Shown here: in pieces, positions 1 to 12,257 of the stretch
Layout of the letters: each line of letters begins with the position of its first letter
Numbering within the stretch: the first letter of the stretch is position 1
Source of the DNA: Patescibacteria group bacterium
GTDB taxonomy: Bacteria; Patescibacteriota; Patescibacteriia; UBA10025; JAHIVO01
Length of the DNA: 64,000 nt
NCBI GenBank assembly: GCA_028718605.1
Contig: JAQULM010000002.1
Span: 65,776-129,775, forward strand
Direction: 5' to 3'
Notes under the pieces: generated by a model
Database searches by the model: none
What the model saw: only the letters and a program-made list of their open reading frames with translations
What the model was told of the DNA's origin: nothing
Translations under genes and position numbers: made by a program

Positions 1-990
1 CGAAAGAAAAAAGGCCGTGTTATCCTTGCCGTGAATAAAATTGACGGCCCGAGTTTGCGTTCGGCGATCCCGCCAGAAGTATATCGGCTTGGAATCCCAA
101 ATCTGCTCATCATATCAGCGCTTGTTGGCGTCGGTACCGGCGACCTCCTGGACGCGATCGTTGAGCGGCTTCCCCACCGCAGTGCGCCAGACACCGCCGT
201 CGATGGCACGCTTTCGATCATCGGCAGGCCCAATGTTGGAAAGTCGCAGCTCTTGAACGCCCTACTCGGCGAGGAGCGCGTTCTTGTCACTCCTCTTCCC
301 CATACAACACGAGAGTCCCACGATATAATACTAACATACAAAAATAAACGCATCCTCCTCGTCGATACGGCTGGTTTGCGCAAGCACGCTATTCGAGTGG
401 ATGACATCGAACGCGAAAGCATCGCGAGGACGATGCATTCAATCCAGCGGTCAGATGTGTCGCTCATCATCACGGATGTGTCGGAACCATTGACGAGCCA
501 GGACCAGGCGATCGCCCAGATCGCCCTCGCACATAACAACGGCGTTATCCTCGTTGCAAACAAATGGGACCTCATCCAAGATAAAACGCCAGAAAACCAA
601 GCTGCAATCACCACACGGTACTACCGATATTTCCAGTCCATGCGCTGGGCACCGGTCGCCTTCACCTCCGCGCTGAGGCGCAAGGGGATCACGCCACTAT
701 TAAAAACTGCGATCGGCATCATGGAACGCCGCGCAGCGACAATCAGCCAACCGGCGCTCGATGCAGTCGTCCGGCGGATAAAACTGAAAAAAGCGCACCC
801 GCGGAAGGGCACGAAATCAGGAACTGTCCTGCGCCTCGTGCAAACAGGCACCAATCCCCCGGCCTTCTGCCTCATCGCGCGGGACGCAGCGCGGATTCAC
901 GGAGCATTTCTTGACTTGCTGCGGAATACGCTCCGCGATACTTTTAATCTGCAGGGGACGCCGGTAATCGTAACCATCAAAGACCAATAA
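1..990 (+). CDS. der: Ribosome-associated GTPase Der/EngA, 5'-truncated at the window edge (end of GTPase domain 1, GTPase domain 2, KH-like domain)
   Basis: Translation from nt 1 reads ERKKGRVILAVNKIDGP (G4 motif NKxD of domain 1). A second P-loop SIIGRPNVGKSQLLNAL is followed by TTRESHD, DTAGLRK and NKWD motifs, then a C-terminal KH-like region, which is the Der architecture. The gene continues upstream of the window. Confidence 0.85.
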   Translation, partial: RKKKGRVILAVNKIDGPSLRSAIPPEVYRLGIPNLLIISALVGVGTGDLLDAIVERLPHRSAPDTAVDGTLSIIGRPNVGKSQLLNALLGEERVLVTPLPHTTRESHDIILTYKNKRILLVDTAGLRKHAIRVDDIERESIARTMHSIQRSDVSLIITDVSEPLTSQDQAIAQIALAHNNGVILVANKWDLIQDKTPENQAAITTRYYRYFQSMRWAPVAFTSALRRKGITPLLKTAIGIMERRAATISQPALDAVVRRIKLKKAHPRKGTKSGTVLRLVQTGTNPPAFCLIARDAARIHGAFLDLLRNTLRDTFNLQGTPVIVTIKDQ

Positions 991-997
991 TCATCCT

Positions 998-1576
998 ATG
1001 AAAAAACTTATCATCGGCTTGGGAAACCCCGGTAAAAAATATCAAGCAACGCGACATAATTTAGGTTTTATGGCCATCGAGGCATACCTCAACGCATTCC
1101 CAGAGCTCAGGAGATTACGTGCCAACGCACATCTTCACTGCAAGCTTTCTGAAAATCCAGGCCTTATCCTCGCACAACCAACCACGTTCATGAACAATTC
1201 TGCGAGCGCAATCGAATCTATCATTGACTATTATAAACTCGATCGAACCAAACCAGATACTATTCTTGAATTGCACGATGACCTGGATATTCCATTTGGA
1301 CAGATAAAAATCCAAAAGGGACACGGTTCAGCCGGCCACAAGGGGGTCATTTCGACCATGGAAGTCCTCCCCCACGACAGCTTTTGGCGTATGCGGATTG
1401 GCATCGCAGGCGCAACAAAAGATACTACCCCGGGAGATGCGTATGTTCTGTCCACTTTTTCTCGTGAGGAGAATGCAGCGCTCCCTGCCATAATGGCACG
1501 TGCCGTTGAGGCGATGCAGACATTCCTTACCGAGGGCCCTGAAAAAGCAGCACAAATCTATAACCAAAAACCTTAA
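998..1576 (+). CDS. pth: Peptidyl-tRNA hydrolase
   Basis: N-terminus MKKLIIGLGNPGKKYQATRHNLGF is the canonical Pth signature; the ~190-aa size fits. Confidence 0.9.
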   Translation: MKKLIIGLGNPGKKYQATRHNLGFMAIEAYLNAFPELRRLRANAHLHCKLSENPGLILAQPTTFMNNSASAIESIIDYYKLDRTKPDTILELHDDLDIPFGQIKIQKGHGSAGHKGVISTMEVLPHDSFWRMRIGIAGATKDTTPGDAYVLSTFSREENAALPAIMARAVEAMQTFLTEGPEKAAQIYNQKP

Positions 1577-1612
1577 AAAGCGTTATACTACATATATTAA
1601 TACCTTCAACAT

Positions 1613-2686
1613 ATGGATACCCAAGGCAAACTAGCACTCGATAATATTCTCAGCACGGCAGCTGAACAAAAAGCATCGGATCTCCACCTGTCCGTGGGCA
1701 GCGCCCCGATTTTACGCATTGACGGCAAGCTCTTCCCCCTCAAAGACGAGCCGATCATCACGAAGGAATTCATGGAAGGATTCGTGACCGCCGTGCTCGA
1801 TATTGAACAGCTCAAGACTCTCGAACAACAGAAAGAGGTCGTGCTGTCCTATCAGTTCCAAAAACGTGCTCGATTTCGAATCAACGTCTTTTACCAGAAA
1901 CGGGTGCTCGGTGCATATCTCCGCCTCATCGGCGACCGAATCCTGCCCCTTCTGCAGCTCGGGCTGCCGCTGTCAATCGAGAATATTGCGCAAATACGGG
2001 AAGGGCTTTTGGTCGTCAGCGGGACATTCGGATCAGGAAAGACGACGACATCGGCATCAATCATCGATTATATAAATAAAAATCGGCAAGCGTACATCCT
2101 CACGATCGAAAAACCGATAGAATATATTTTTAATAATCAGTCGAGTATCATCGAACAGCGTGAAGTCGGGCGCGACACAGTTTCATTCGACCAAGCCCTG
2201 GCCTCAATTATCCAAGAAGATGTTGACGTCCTGTTCGTATCCGAGCTTTCCTCGCCAGATGTCATCAAGCATGTTCTCTCGATCGCTGCTTCGGGCCGGC
2301 TCGTCGTCGTGAATGTCGAAGCGGACACGACGATTCGAACGCTCGAATATATTATTAATGCTTTTTCTGCGAATGAACAGCAGCAAATACGGGACCAGCT
2401 CTCCCAGAACCTCGCAGGTATCATCTGCCAGCGACTCGTGCCGAAGATCGGTGGCGGGCAAGTGGCGGTTGCCGAAATCATGACCGCAACCCCCCCGATA
2501 AAATCTCTGATAAAAGAAGGCTCCCTCTATAAACTCGACACCATCATCCAAACATCCCGCGAGGATGGAATGGTTTCACTCGACTGGTCCTTGGCCGAAC
2601 TGGTAAAAACCAACCAGGTGCTGATCGACGACGCGCTCGAGAATGCGGGCGATCCACAGCAGCTGAAATACATGCTCCGGGCTTAA
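1613..2686 (+). CDS. pilT: Type IV pilus retraction ATPase PilT (PilT/PilU family)
   Basis: Walker A GTFGSGKTTT, secretion-ATPase core, ~357 aa, N-terminal PilT-like region; adjacent to pilM. Confidence 0.8.
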   Translation: MDTQGKLALDNILSTAAEQKASDLHLSVGSAPILRIDGKLFPLKDEPIITKEFMEGFVTAVLDIEQLKTLEQQKEVVLSYQFQKRARFRINVFYQKRVLGAYLRLIGDRILPLLQLGLPLSIENIAQIREGLLVVSGTFGSGKTTTSASIIDYINKNRQAYILTIEKPIEYIFNNQSSIIEQREVGRDTVSFDQALASIIQEDVDVLFVSELSSPDVIKHVLSIAASGRLVVVNVEADTTIRTLEYIINAFSANEQQQIRDQLSQNLAGIICQRLVPKIGGGQVAVAEIMTATPPIKSLIKEGSLYKLDTIIQTSREDGMVSLDWSLAELVKTNQVLIDDALENAGDPQQLKYMLRA

Positions 2687-2715
2687 ATTATCCCATATAC
2701 AACTGTACCCATACT

Positions 2716-3768
2716 ATGCCTTTTTTCAAAAATAAACTCACCTCAGTGCTCGGTGTCGATCTCGGCACGAGTTCAGTTAAACTCGTGGATCTCAGGGGCA
2801 CAGCTGGTAAAGCGTCACTCGCAACGTACGGGATCGCTGAGCTGTCCCGCGGCGGTGGCACACTCACGCCGTATGAAAAACCGGAGGAAATCGCTGAGGT
2901 GATACAAGATCTGATTTCCCAAGCGCACGCTTCGGCAACGGCTACTGTCGGTGCGCTATCCTCACTGAGCGTTTTTACGACAGTGCTGAGCCTGCCAGCC
3001 ATGCCGGAACGTGAAATTGCCCAGGCAATCCAATGGGAAGCGCGGAAGCTGCTCCCCCTACCACTGGAAAAGATGAAGCTTGATTGGCACATTCTAAAAC
3101 CGGAAAACAGCGAGGCGAAAAAACAACAAACGATGGATATCATTTTAACTGCCGCGCCGACCGACGTCATCGAACGGTATCTCCTGATTTTCAAAATAGC
3201 AGGCCTCAGTCTCGTCGGCCTCGAAACGGAAGCTGCTGCGATAGGCCGGTCGCTGCTCCCGCCGCACGGCGGCAATGTCCTCGTCATCGACACTGGTGCC
3301 ACGACAACAAATTTAATCGTTTTTTCGGATAATACGCCGGTCGTGGTACGTCATAGCGATATCGGGGGATCAACAATTAACCATAACATTGCAAACGCCC
3401 TGAACGTCACGATTGAACGCGCGCAGCAGTTTAAGCACACCCTTGGCATCCAGATGAGCGGCGAATACACCCACCCGGCGGCGCGAGCGATAAAATTCGT
3501 CATCGACAACATGATTATCCAGGAAGTTCGGCGGGTAGCCGGCGCATTCAATGATATGGGCCGCGGAGTGATTGATTCCATCATTTTAACCGGCGGCGGA
3601 TCATTATTGAAAAATTTTCCGATATACCTCCAGGAAATTCTGAAAATCCCAGTTACGATCGGAAATCCGTGGAATAAAGTATCATGCCCACCAGGGCTCG
3701 CCCAGGAGCTTGAGTACAACAAAGAAGCAATGGCAATCGCGATCGGACTCGGCCTGAAACTATTTTAA
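2716..3768 (+). CDS. pilM: Type IV pilus assembly protein PilM (actin-like ATPase fold)
   Basis: N-terminus LGVDLGTSSVKLVDL, 350 aa, actin/FtsA-like fold features, directly after pilT. Confidence 0.75.
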   Translation: MPFFKNKLTSVLGVDLGTSSVKLVDLRGTAGKASLATYGIAELSRGGGTLTPYEKPEEIAEVIQDLISQAHASATATVGALSSLSVFTTVLSLPAMPEREIAQAIQWEARKLLPLPLEKMKLDWHILKPENSEAKKQQTMDIILTAAPTDVIERYLLIFKIAGLSLVGLETEAAAIGRSLLPPHGGNVLVIDTGATTTNLIVFSDNTPVVVRHSDIGGSTINHNIANALNVTIERAQQFKHTLGIQMSGEYTHPAARAIKFVIDNMIIQEVRRVAGAFNDMGRGVIDSIILTGGGSLLKNFPIYLQEILKIPVTIGNPWNKVSCPPGLAQELEYNKEAMAIAIGLGLKLF

Positions 3769-4151
3769 TGCTCTCCCGGAACCGCTCGTTAAAGCAGATG
3801 AACAACGCCGGAAAACAAAAAAACACCGAGATTGCTGCCTCCAAGCGTAAGATTCCACAGAATAAACCGTAAAACCTTAACTTGAGGTTATTAGCAAGGC
3901 TAGGAGGGGTTGCCTCACGTTCACCGCTTGGTAGGCAGAAAACTTAGTGTTTTCCTGCTTGTTCGCCACTTGTCGTTTCAAAAAAACTAGTGTAATATTA
4001 GATACTAGCAGACCAGCCGTATTGTGTCAAGGTCTCGCCTCTACGCAGGGACGGAAGGGCGATCTTTTCGATCATTCCCCGCATCGATCGGCCGGCCACC
4101 ATGCGGAGCCCTCCATAAATACGGGTTATTATCACATAGCACTGCAAACAC

Positions 4152-7310
<3,159 letters not shown>

Positions 7311-7313
7311 AAA

Positions 7314-7352
7314 GGCGCCGCGCGTAAAGGGAGGGGGGTATACGCGGGCGCC
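7314..7352 (+). terminator. GC-rich hairpin just after the mfd stop codon; a second short palindrome lies at 7364-7376
   Basis: GGCGCCGCGCGTA...TACGCGGGCGCC imperfect inverted repeat starting 4 nt after the stop. No clear U-tract, so it is a weak intrinsic terminator or a structural element. Confidence 0.4.
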
Positions 7353-7378
7353 CCTGAGGGCAACGTGTAACACGTGCC

Positions 7379-7567
7379 CTACGTTTTGATTGCAATCCCA
7401 TGGTGGCTGCGCGCAAACCGCGCACTTGGGTGGTTGATCGAGCAATACCACGCGATCAGAAAGAGCGACAGGCTGAATGGCAGCGCGGCAAGCATAAGGC
7501 ACAATCCAAGCAACCCCCCAACCACCACAAAAATACCCAAACCGATAAGAACAATGTATCGCATCAA
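7379..7567 (-). CDS. Possible small two-helix membrane protein (62 aa)
   Basis: The ORF lies in the 345-bp mfd/dprA spacer and encodes two strongly hydrophobic segments (LIGLGIFVVVGGLLGLCLMLAALPFSLSLFLIAWY). There is no homology support, so it could be a chance ORF. Confidence 0.25.
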   Translation of the reverse strand: MMRYIVLIGLGIFVVVGGLLGLCLMLAALPFSLSLFLIAWYCSINHPSARFARSHHGIAIKT

Positions 7568-7706
7568 ATCTCCTTGCTGGTACCGATTTTCAATACATAA
7601 ATCCTAGCGCACTACCCGGGTTATCGTCAATATCGTTTGTCTACCCTCCGCCGCTATGGTATACTTCTGGATGAAAACCTTCCCCGTTCGGAAGGCTTTT
7701 ATTAGT

Positions 7707-8819
7707 ATGGAAAAACAAGAAAATAAAGACACCGATACGCCGTACTGGGTCGCATTCTCGCGCATCAGCGGGATCGGCGCGAAGAAAACCATTATGCTCG
7801 CGAGTTACTTTGGTTCGCTCCAGCGCGCATGGCACGCGGAAGCTCGCGAATTGCGCAAAGCTGGGCTCGGTGAAAACGGAGCATACGCCCTGGCACAGCA
7901 ACGGTTGGACATTGACCCATGTGGCGTTGCTGACGAGCTTACACAGATGGGCATCCAATGTTGTACATTCCACCATCCGGCATATCCACCGCAACTGAAG
8001 GAAATCTATTCCCCGCCCGCTGTACTGTATGTGAAAGGCTCCCTCCCCGAACGATCGTGCGTTTTGCTTGCCGTCGTCGGAACGCGCAAAACAAGCACCT
8101 ACGGCAGATCAATCACCCCGCGTATCGTCTACGATCTTGCCTCAAGCGGCATGACCATCGTATCTGGGCTTGCGCTCGGCATCGATGCGCTCGCGCACCA
8201 ATCCGCGATCGATGCCGGCGGTCGCACGCTCGCCGTTCTCGGCTGTGGCCTCGACGCAATGTACCCCCGATCAAACGCCGCGCTCGCCGAAAAAATTATT
8301 GAAACTGGCGGCGCGCTTCTGTCTGAATACCCGCCCGGCACGCTCCCACTGAAGCAAAATTTTCCGGCCCGCAACAGGATCATTTCCGGGCTGTCACGCG
8401 GCGTCCTGGTGATTGAAGGGGGCGACGATTCCGGCTCCCTCATCACCGCCCAGTTCGCCCTTGACCAGAACCGGGACGTCTTTGCGGTGCCCGGCAATGT
8501 ATCGAATGAAACGTCCCGCGGCCCCAATAAACTGATTAAAATGGGGGCTACCGTCGTAACGTGCGCAGATGACGTTATCCAAGCGTTTGAGATAAGCCTC
8601 CCGCCCACGGCAGGTATGCCGAAAAAGGCGTTTGAGCCCGCGAACGACGTTGAAGCGGCAATCGTGAAGCATCTGTCCGCTGACCCGGTCCATATTGACG
8701 AAATTATTGAGGCGTGTAAACTAGAAACCAGTATCGTAAATGCTACCCTCGCAATTCTTGAGATGAAGGGCGTGGTACGCCACGCGGGGAGCATGCACTA
8801 CGCGCTCACTCACACATAA
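7707..8819 (+). CDS. dprA: DNA-processing protein DprA (Smf)
   Basis: Rossmann-like core LAVVGTRKTSTYG, GLALGIDALAHQSA, VLGCGLD. Start placed at ATG 7707 (MEKQENK) rather than the track start at 7656. The dprA-topA arrangement is widespread. Confidence 0.85.
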   Translation: MEKQENKDTDTPYWVAFSRISGIGAKKTIMLASYFGSLQRAWHAEARELRKAGLGENGAYALAQQRLDIDPCGVADELTQMGIQCCTFHHPAYPPQLKEIYSPPAVLYVKGSLPERSCVLLAVVGTRKTSTYGRSITPRIVYDLASSGMTIVSGLALGIDALAHQSAIDAGGRTLAVLGCGLDAMYPRSNAALAEKIIETGGALLSEYPPGTLPLKQNFPARNRIISGLSRGVLVIEGGDDSGSLITAQFALDQNRDVFAVPGNVSNETSRGPNKLIKMGATVVTCADDVIQAFEISLPPTAGMPKKAFEPANDVEAAIVKHLSADPVHIDEIIEACKLETSIVNATLAILEMKGVVRHAGSMHYALTHT

Positions 8820-8832
8820 ACCAAACACCGCC

Positions 8833-11109
8833 ATGCCGCGAAAGCGCAAGGACCTCATCATCGTGGAATCGCCGACAAAGGCAAAAACGATTTCCCGCTT
8901 CCTGGGAAATGATTTTGTAATTGAATCATCCTACGGCCACATCCGTGACCTCCCCCGATCAAAAATGGGAGTCGATATCGAGCATGATTTCACCCCCCAG
9001 TATGTTATTCCCCGGAAAAACCAGAAGCTCGTAACGAAGCTGCGGAAGCTGGCTGCAACATCTCCTACCATCTACTTCGCAACTGACGAAGACCGCGAGG
9101 GCGAAGCGATCGCATGGCATTTGCTGGAAGCATTCCAAAAAAATGGAAAAAAGGAAATCGCCAACCCTGAAGAGCTTACAAGCAAATCAAAACGCATCGT
9201 GTTCCACGAAATCACCGAGGAAGCAGTTAAAGAAGCACTTCAAAATCCCCGGCAGATTAATCTCAGCCTCGTCGACGCCCAGCAAGCGCGTAGGGTACTC
9301 GACCGCCTCGTGGGGTACGAACTATCCCCCTTCCTCTGGAAAAAAGTTGCCAAAGGCTTGTCAGCGGGACGCGTACAGTCGGTTGCCCTGCGCCTGATCG
9401 TCGAACGCGAACGCGAAATTCAGGCTTTTAAGCCGGCCGAATACTGGACGATCGAGGCGACGTTCCGGAAACAGAGCAGTGCCCATGAAACATTCAGCGC
9501 CCGACTTGTAAAAATTGACGGGAAAACGATCGATAAGCTCGGCATTCCGAACGCTGACAGTGCCACTACAATCGTCACAACGCTGAAAGCAGCAAAATTC
9601 CATATCGCCGACATCAAAGAAAAGGAAGCGAAAAAGTACCCGGCACCGCCATTTACGACCTCAGCGCTCCAGCAGGAAGCGAACCGCAAACTCGGTTTTT
9701 CGGCGCGCCAAACGATGTTCATCGCGCAGCAGCTGTACGAAGGCATTGACCTCGGCAACCGTGGCGCGGAAGGCTTGATAACGTACATGCGCACCGACTC
9801 GGTCAACCTGGCTGATAAATTCCTGCGCGAATCCCACGATTTCATTTCCAAAACATTCGGAAAACAATACGCACTCGAAACACCGCGGCGGTTTAAGGCC
9901 AAATCAAAACTCGCCCAGGAAGCCCATGAGGCAATCAGGCCAACGGAAGTCACGTATACACCGGAAAGTATCAAGCAATACCTCGACCCGCGGCAGTACA
10001 AGCTGTACGACCTCGTATGGCGCCGCGCAGTCGCCTGCCAGATGCCGGATGCAGTCCTGAAAGGCACGACAGTCGACATCAACGATTCGAACAATGCGTA
10101 TACGTTCCGCGCGACCGGTTCGACCGTGACGTTTGACGGCTTTATGAAAGTTTACAACAGCGCCCACGATATCCTGCTGCCCGCGCTCGCATCCGGGGAG
10201 CCGCTGGATGCGGCTTCCATCGACCCGGCACAGCATTTCACGGAGCCGCCTGCCCGGTATTCCGAAGCGGGCCTCGTCCACGCACTGGAAGAACGTGGCA
10301 TCGGCCGGCCGTCAACATACGCACCGACCATTGCGACGATTATCGGCCGCGGATATGTGGATCGCGAGCAAAAACGCCTGTCCCCGACGGAAATAGGGAC
10401 GCTCGTAAACGATGTCCTTGTCGAACACTTCCCCGTCGTGCTTGATTATACCTTCACTGCTCATATGGAGGATGACCTCGATGAGGTCGCAAACGGTGCC
10501 AAACAGTGGGTGCCGGTTATTAAAGAGTTTTATACGCCTTTCAAGGAAAACCTTATGAATAAAATGGAAGCGGTCAGCAAGAAAGAGCTGACCGAAACAG
10601 CGACGGACCAGACGTGCGAAAAATGCGGCAAACCGATGGTCATCAAGATCGGACGCTTCGGCAAGTTCCTCGCGTGTACCGGCTACCCGGAATGCAAGAA
10701 TACAAAACCCCTCGACCGCAACGGCGAGATCGTGGAGCATACGATCGAAGAATCAAAACAGACGTGCGAAAAATGCGGCAAACCGATGGTGGTGAAGCAC
10801 GGGCGCTTCGGGCCGTTCCTCGCGTGTTCAGGATATCCCGATTGCAAGAATATTAAAAACATCGAGCAGAAAACCGGCGTCACCTGCCCCCAGTGCGGCA
10901 AGGGCGATATCGTCGCGAAGCGTTCAAAGCGCGGCCGGACGTTCTACTCGTGCAACAAATACCCGGACTGCAAATTTGCCCTCTGGTCAAAGCCGACCGG
11001 CGAGAAGTGCCCGCAATGCGGATCGCTCCTCGTATACGCTGCCGGCGGCAAAGTGCGGTGCTCCAGCAAGGAATGTAAGTTCGAAAAAACAGCCGAAGCG
11101 GCAGAATAA
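8833..11109 (+). CDS. topA: DNA topoisomerase I with three C-terminal C4 zinc-ribbon repeats
   Basis: TOPRIM N-terminus (LIIVESPTKAKTI), catalytic Tyr region (GLITYMRTDS). The C-terminus has three CxxC...CxxC ribbons, two of them near-identical (CEKCGKPMV[IV]K.GRFG.FLAC.GYP.CKN). Confidence 0.9.
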   Translation: MPRKRKDLIIVESPTKAKTISRFLGNDFVIESSYGHIRDLPRSKMGVDIEHDFTPQYVIPRKNQKLVTKLRKLAATSPTIYFATDEDREGEAIAWHLLEAFQKNGKKEIANPEELTSKSKRIVFHEITEEAVKEALQNPRQINLSLVDAQQARRVLDRLVGYELSPFLWKKVAKGLSAGRVQSVALRLIVEREREIQAFKPAEYWTIEATFRKQSSAHETFSARLVKIDGKTIDKLGIPNADSATTIVTTLKAAKFHIADIKEKEAKKYPAPPFTTSALQQEANRKLGFSARQTMFIAQQLYEGIDLGNRGAEGLITYMRTDSVNLADKFLRESHDFISKTFGKQYALETPRRFKAKSKLAQEAHEAIRPTEVTYTPESIKQYLDPRQYKLYDLVWRRAVACQMPDAVLKGTTVDINDSNNAYTFRATGSTVTFDGFMKVYNSAHDILLPALASGEPLDAASIDPAQHFTEPPARYSEAGLVHALEERGIGRPSTYAPTIATIIGRGYVDREQKRLSPTEIGTLVNDVLVEHFPVVLDYTFTAHMEDDLDEVANGAKQWVPVIKEFYTPFKENLMNKMEAVSKKELTETATDQTCEKCGKPMVIKIGRFGKFLACTGYPECKNTKPLDRNGEIVEHTIEESKQTCEKCGKPMVVKHGRFGPFLACSGYPDCKNIKNIEQKTGVTCPQCGKGDIVAKRSKRGRTFYSCNKYPDCKFALWSKPTGEKCPQCGSLLVYAAGGKVRCSSKECKFEKTAEAAE

Positions 11110-11129
11110 ATTCCAAACAATACAACTCC

Positions 11130-11165
11130 AAACGCGGGCCGCCGTGCCCGCGTTTGATTTTTAAA
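11130..11165 (+). terminator. Intrinsic terminator downstream of topA
   Basis: Perfect 10-bp stem AAACGCGGGC/GCCCGCGTTT with a 6-nt loop, followed by GATTTTT. Confidence 0.6.
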
Positions 11166-11170
11166 AAAGA

Positions 11171-11206
11171 CTCCGGGCGGGGGTAAGATACCCACCCGGA
11201 GCTTTT
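11171..11206. terminator. Bidirectional hairpin terminator between convergent genes (topA and the minus-strand secreted-protein gene)
   Basis: CTCCGGGCGGGGG...CCCACCCGGAG stem with T-rich sequence on both sides (CTTTTGG on plus, TCTTTTTTAA on minus). Confidence 0.55.
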
Positions 11207-11283
11207 GGCAATGTGGCGTAGCGCTCTGAAGAGCACTACAGCCAACATTCAAGAATCACTTCGCCAAAGACCGACCAGCTTGG

Positions 11284-11835
11284 TCAGGCCGACGCGTGAT
11301 TCAAACCGCCGTTCTTGATCGCCGTATTCTTCTCGACAAATACTACCTGCGCCGACTGCTCGGCGCCACCGACAATTTCCGCCTCGGTAACCCTGCTCTC
11401 TCTTTGCATCGCGGGCTTCGCCATAGTCGTCACCACGCCCATACTCCATACGTCGGTGGAACTGGGCGGCGAATTGGTCAGCTGCCGGAAATTGGTGTTG
11501 GTGTAGTTCTTGGTTACCATCATGTTGGCGTCACTGCTTCCCGTCGTGTTGGAAGTGTACGCCATCGTCGAATCGATCGTCATCGCCGGGCCGGTCTCGA
11601 AGTTGGCCGGCGGTGAACTTGAAACCATCGTCGAATCGGAGAAAACACTCGCTACCTGCACATTGATCTCCGCCGGCGGCGAGTTCTGGTCGGTCTGGCT
11701 CATCAGGTTCGTCAACGTCTCGCTACATCCGGGCGAAATGTTGGCGTTGAACGGGTTCGGGTAAGCGGAAACGCTCTCGCCGAACACCATCACCATTACC
11801 ATGACTGCCAGAAGCAATAAGAGCCTCTTAAACAT
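11284..11835 (-). CDS. Secreted low-complexity Ser/Thr/Asn-rich hypothetical protein with an N-terminal signal peptide
   Basis: MFKRLLLLLAVMVMVMVFGESVSA signal peptide; the mature part is rich in S/T/N/P; no recognisable domain. Confidence 0.45.
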   Translation of the reverse strand: MFKRLLLLLAVMVMVMVFGESVSAYPNPFNANISPGCSETLTNLMSQTDQNSPPAEINVQVASVFSDSTMVSSSPPANFETGPAMTIDSTMAYTSNTTGSSDANMMVTKNYTNTNFRQLTNSPPSSTDVWSMGVVTTMAKPAMQRESRVTEAEIVGGAEQSAQVVFVEKNTAIKNGGLNHASA

Positions 11836-12194
11836 AACGCTCTCCTTCTAGTTGAGTTTTGGCAGTGTATACAACCACCGAACTTCTACTTTGCCACATT
11901 CTATATGGCGGTTTCTGGCACCTCCTCCTCAGGGTACCAGGGGCATTTATGTATTGAAGAATGTAGCGTCCCGACATCCATGAATGGGACAGCAGAGTTT
12001 ATCGGCTTTTTGTCAAATAACGAATCGAAAAACGAAAAAAGAGCTACGAAAATCGCTCATTTGCCTGTCAATTTATTCAATACTAACAATGCACGTTTCT
12101 CTTGTCAAGCACAAAAGTTTCATACAGAGAGGGTTTTTCCTCTATCGATTCTTCGATAAGCAGAACTAAAACTAACAGACGCACAATAAAAAAG

Positions 12195-12223
12195 TTGTCA
12201 GTTTTTGACGAATCCACTATACT
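12195..12223 (+). promoter_or_regulatory. Sigma-70-like promoter for the threonine dehydrogenase gene (TTGTCA-17-TATACT)
   Basis: TTGTCA at 12195-12200, a 17-nt spacer, TATACT at 12218-12223, and a GAGGA Shine-Dalgarno 7 nt before the ATG at 12258. Confidence 0.45.
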
Positions 12224-12257
12224 TGGGACTATGTGTTTATAACGTAACGAGGATACT

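Noticed and set aside
9420-10281. Minus-strand ORFs of 224 and 125 aa inside topA
   Set aside because: Antisense to topA, with no motifs. This is the same reasoning as for the mfd antisense ORFs.
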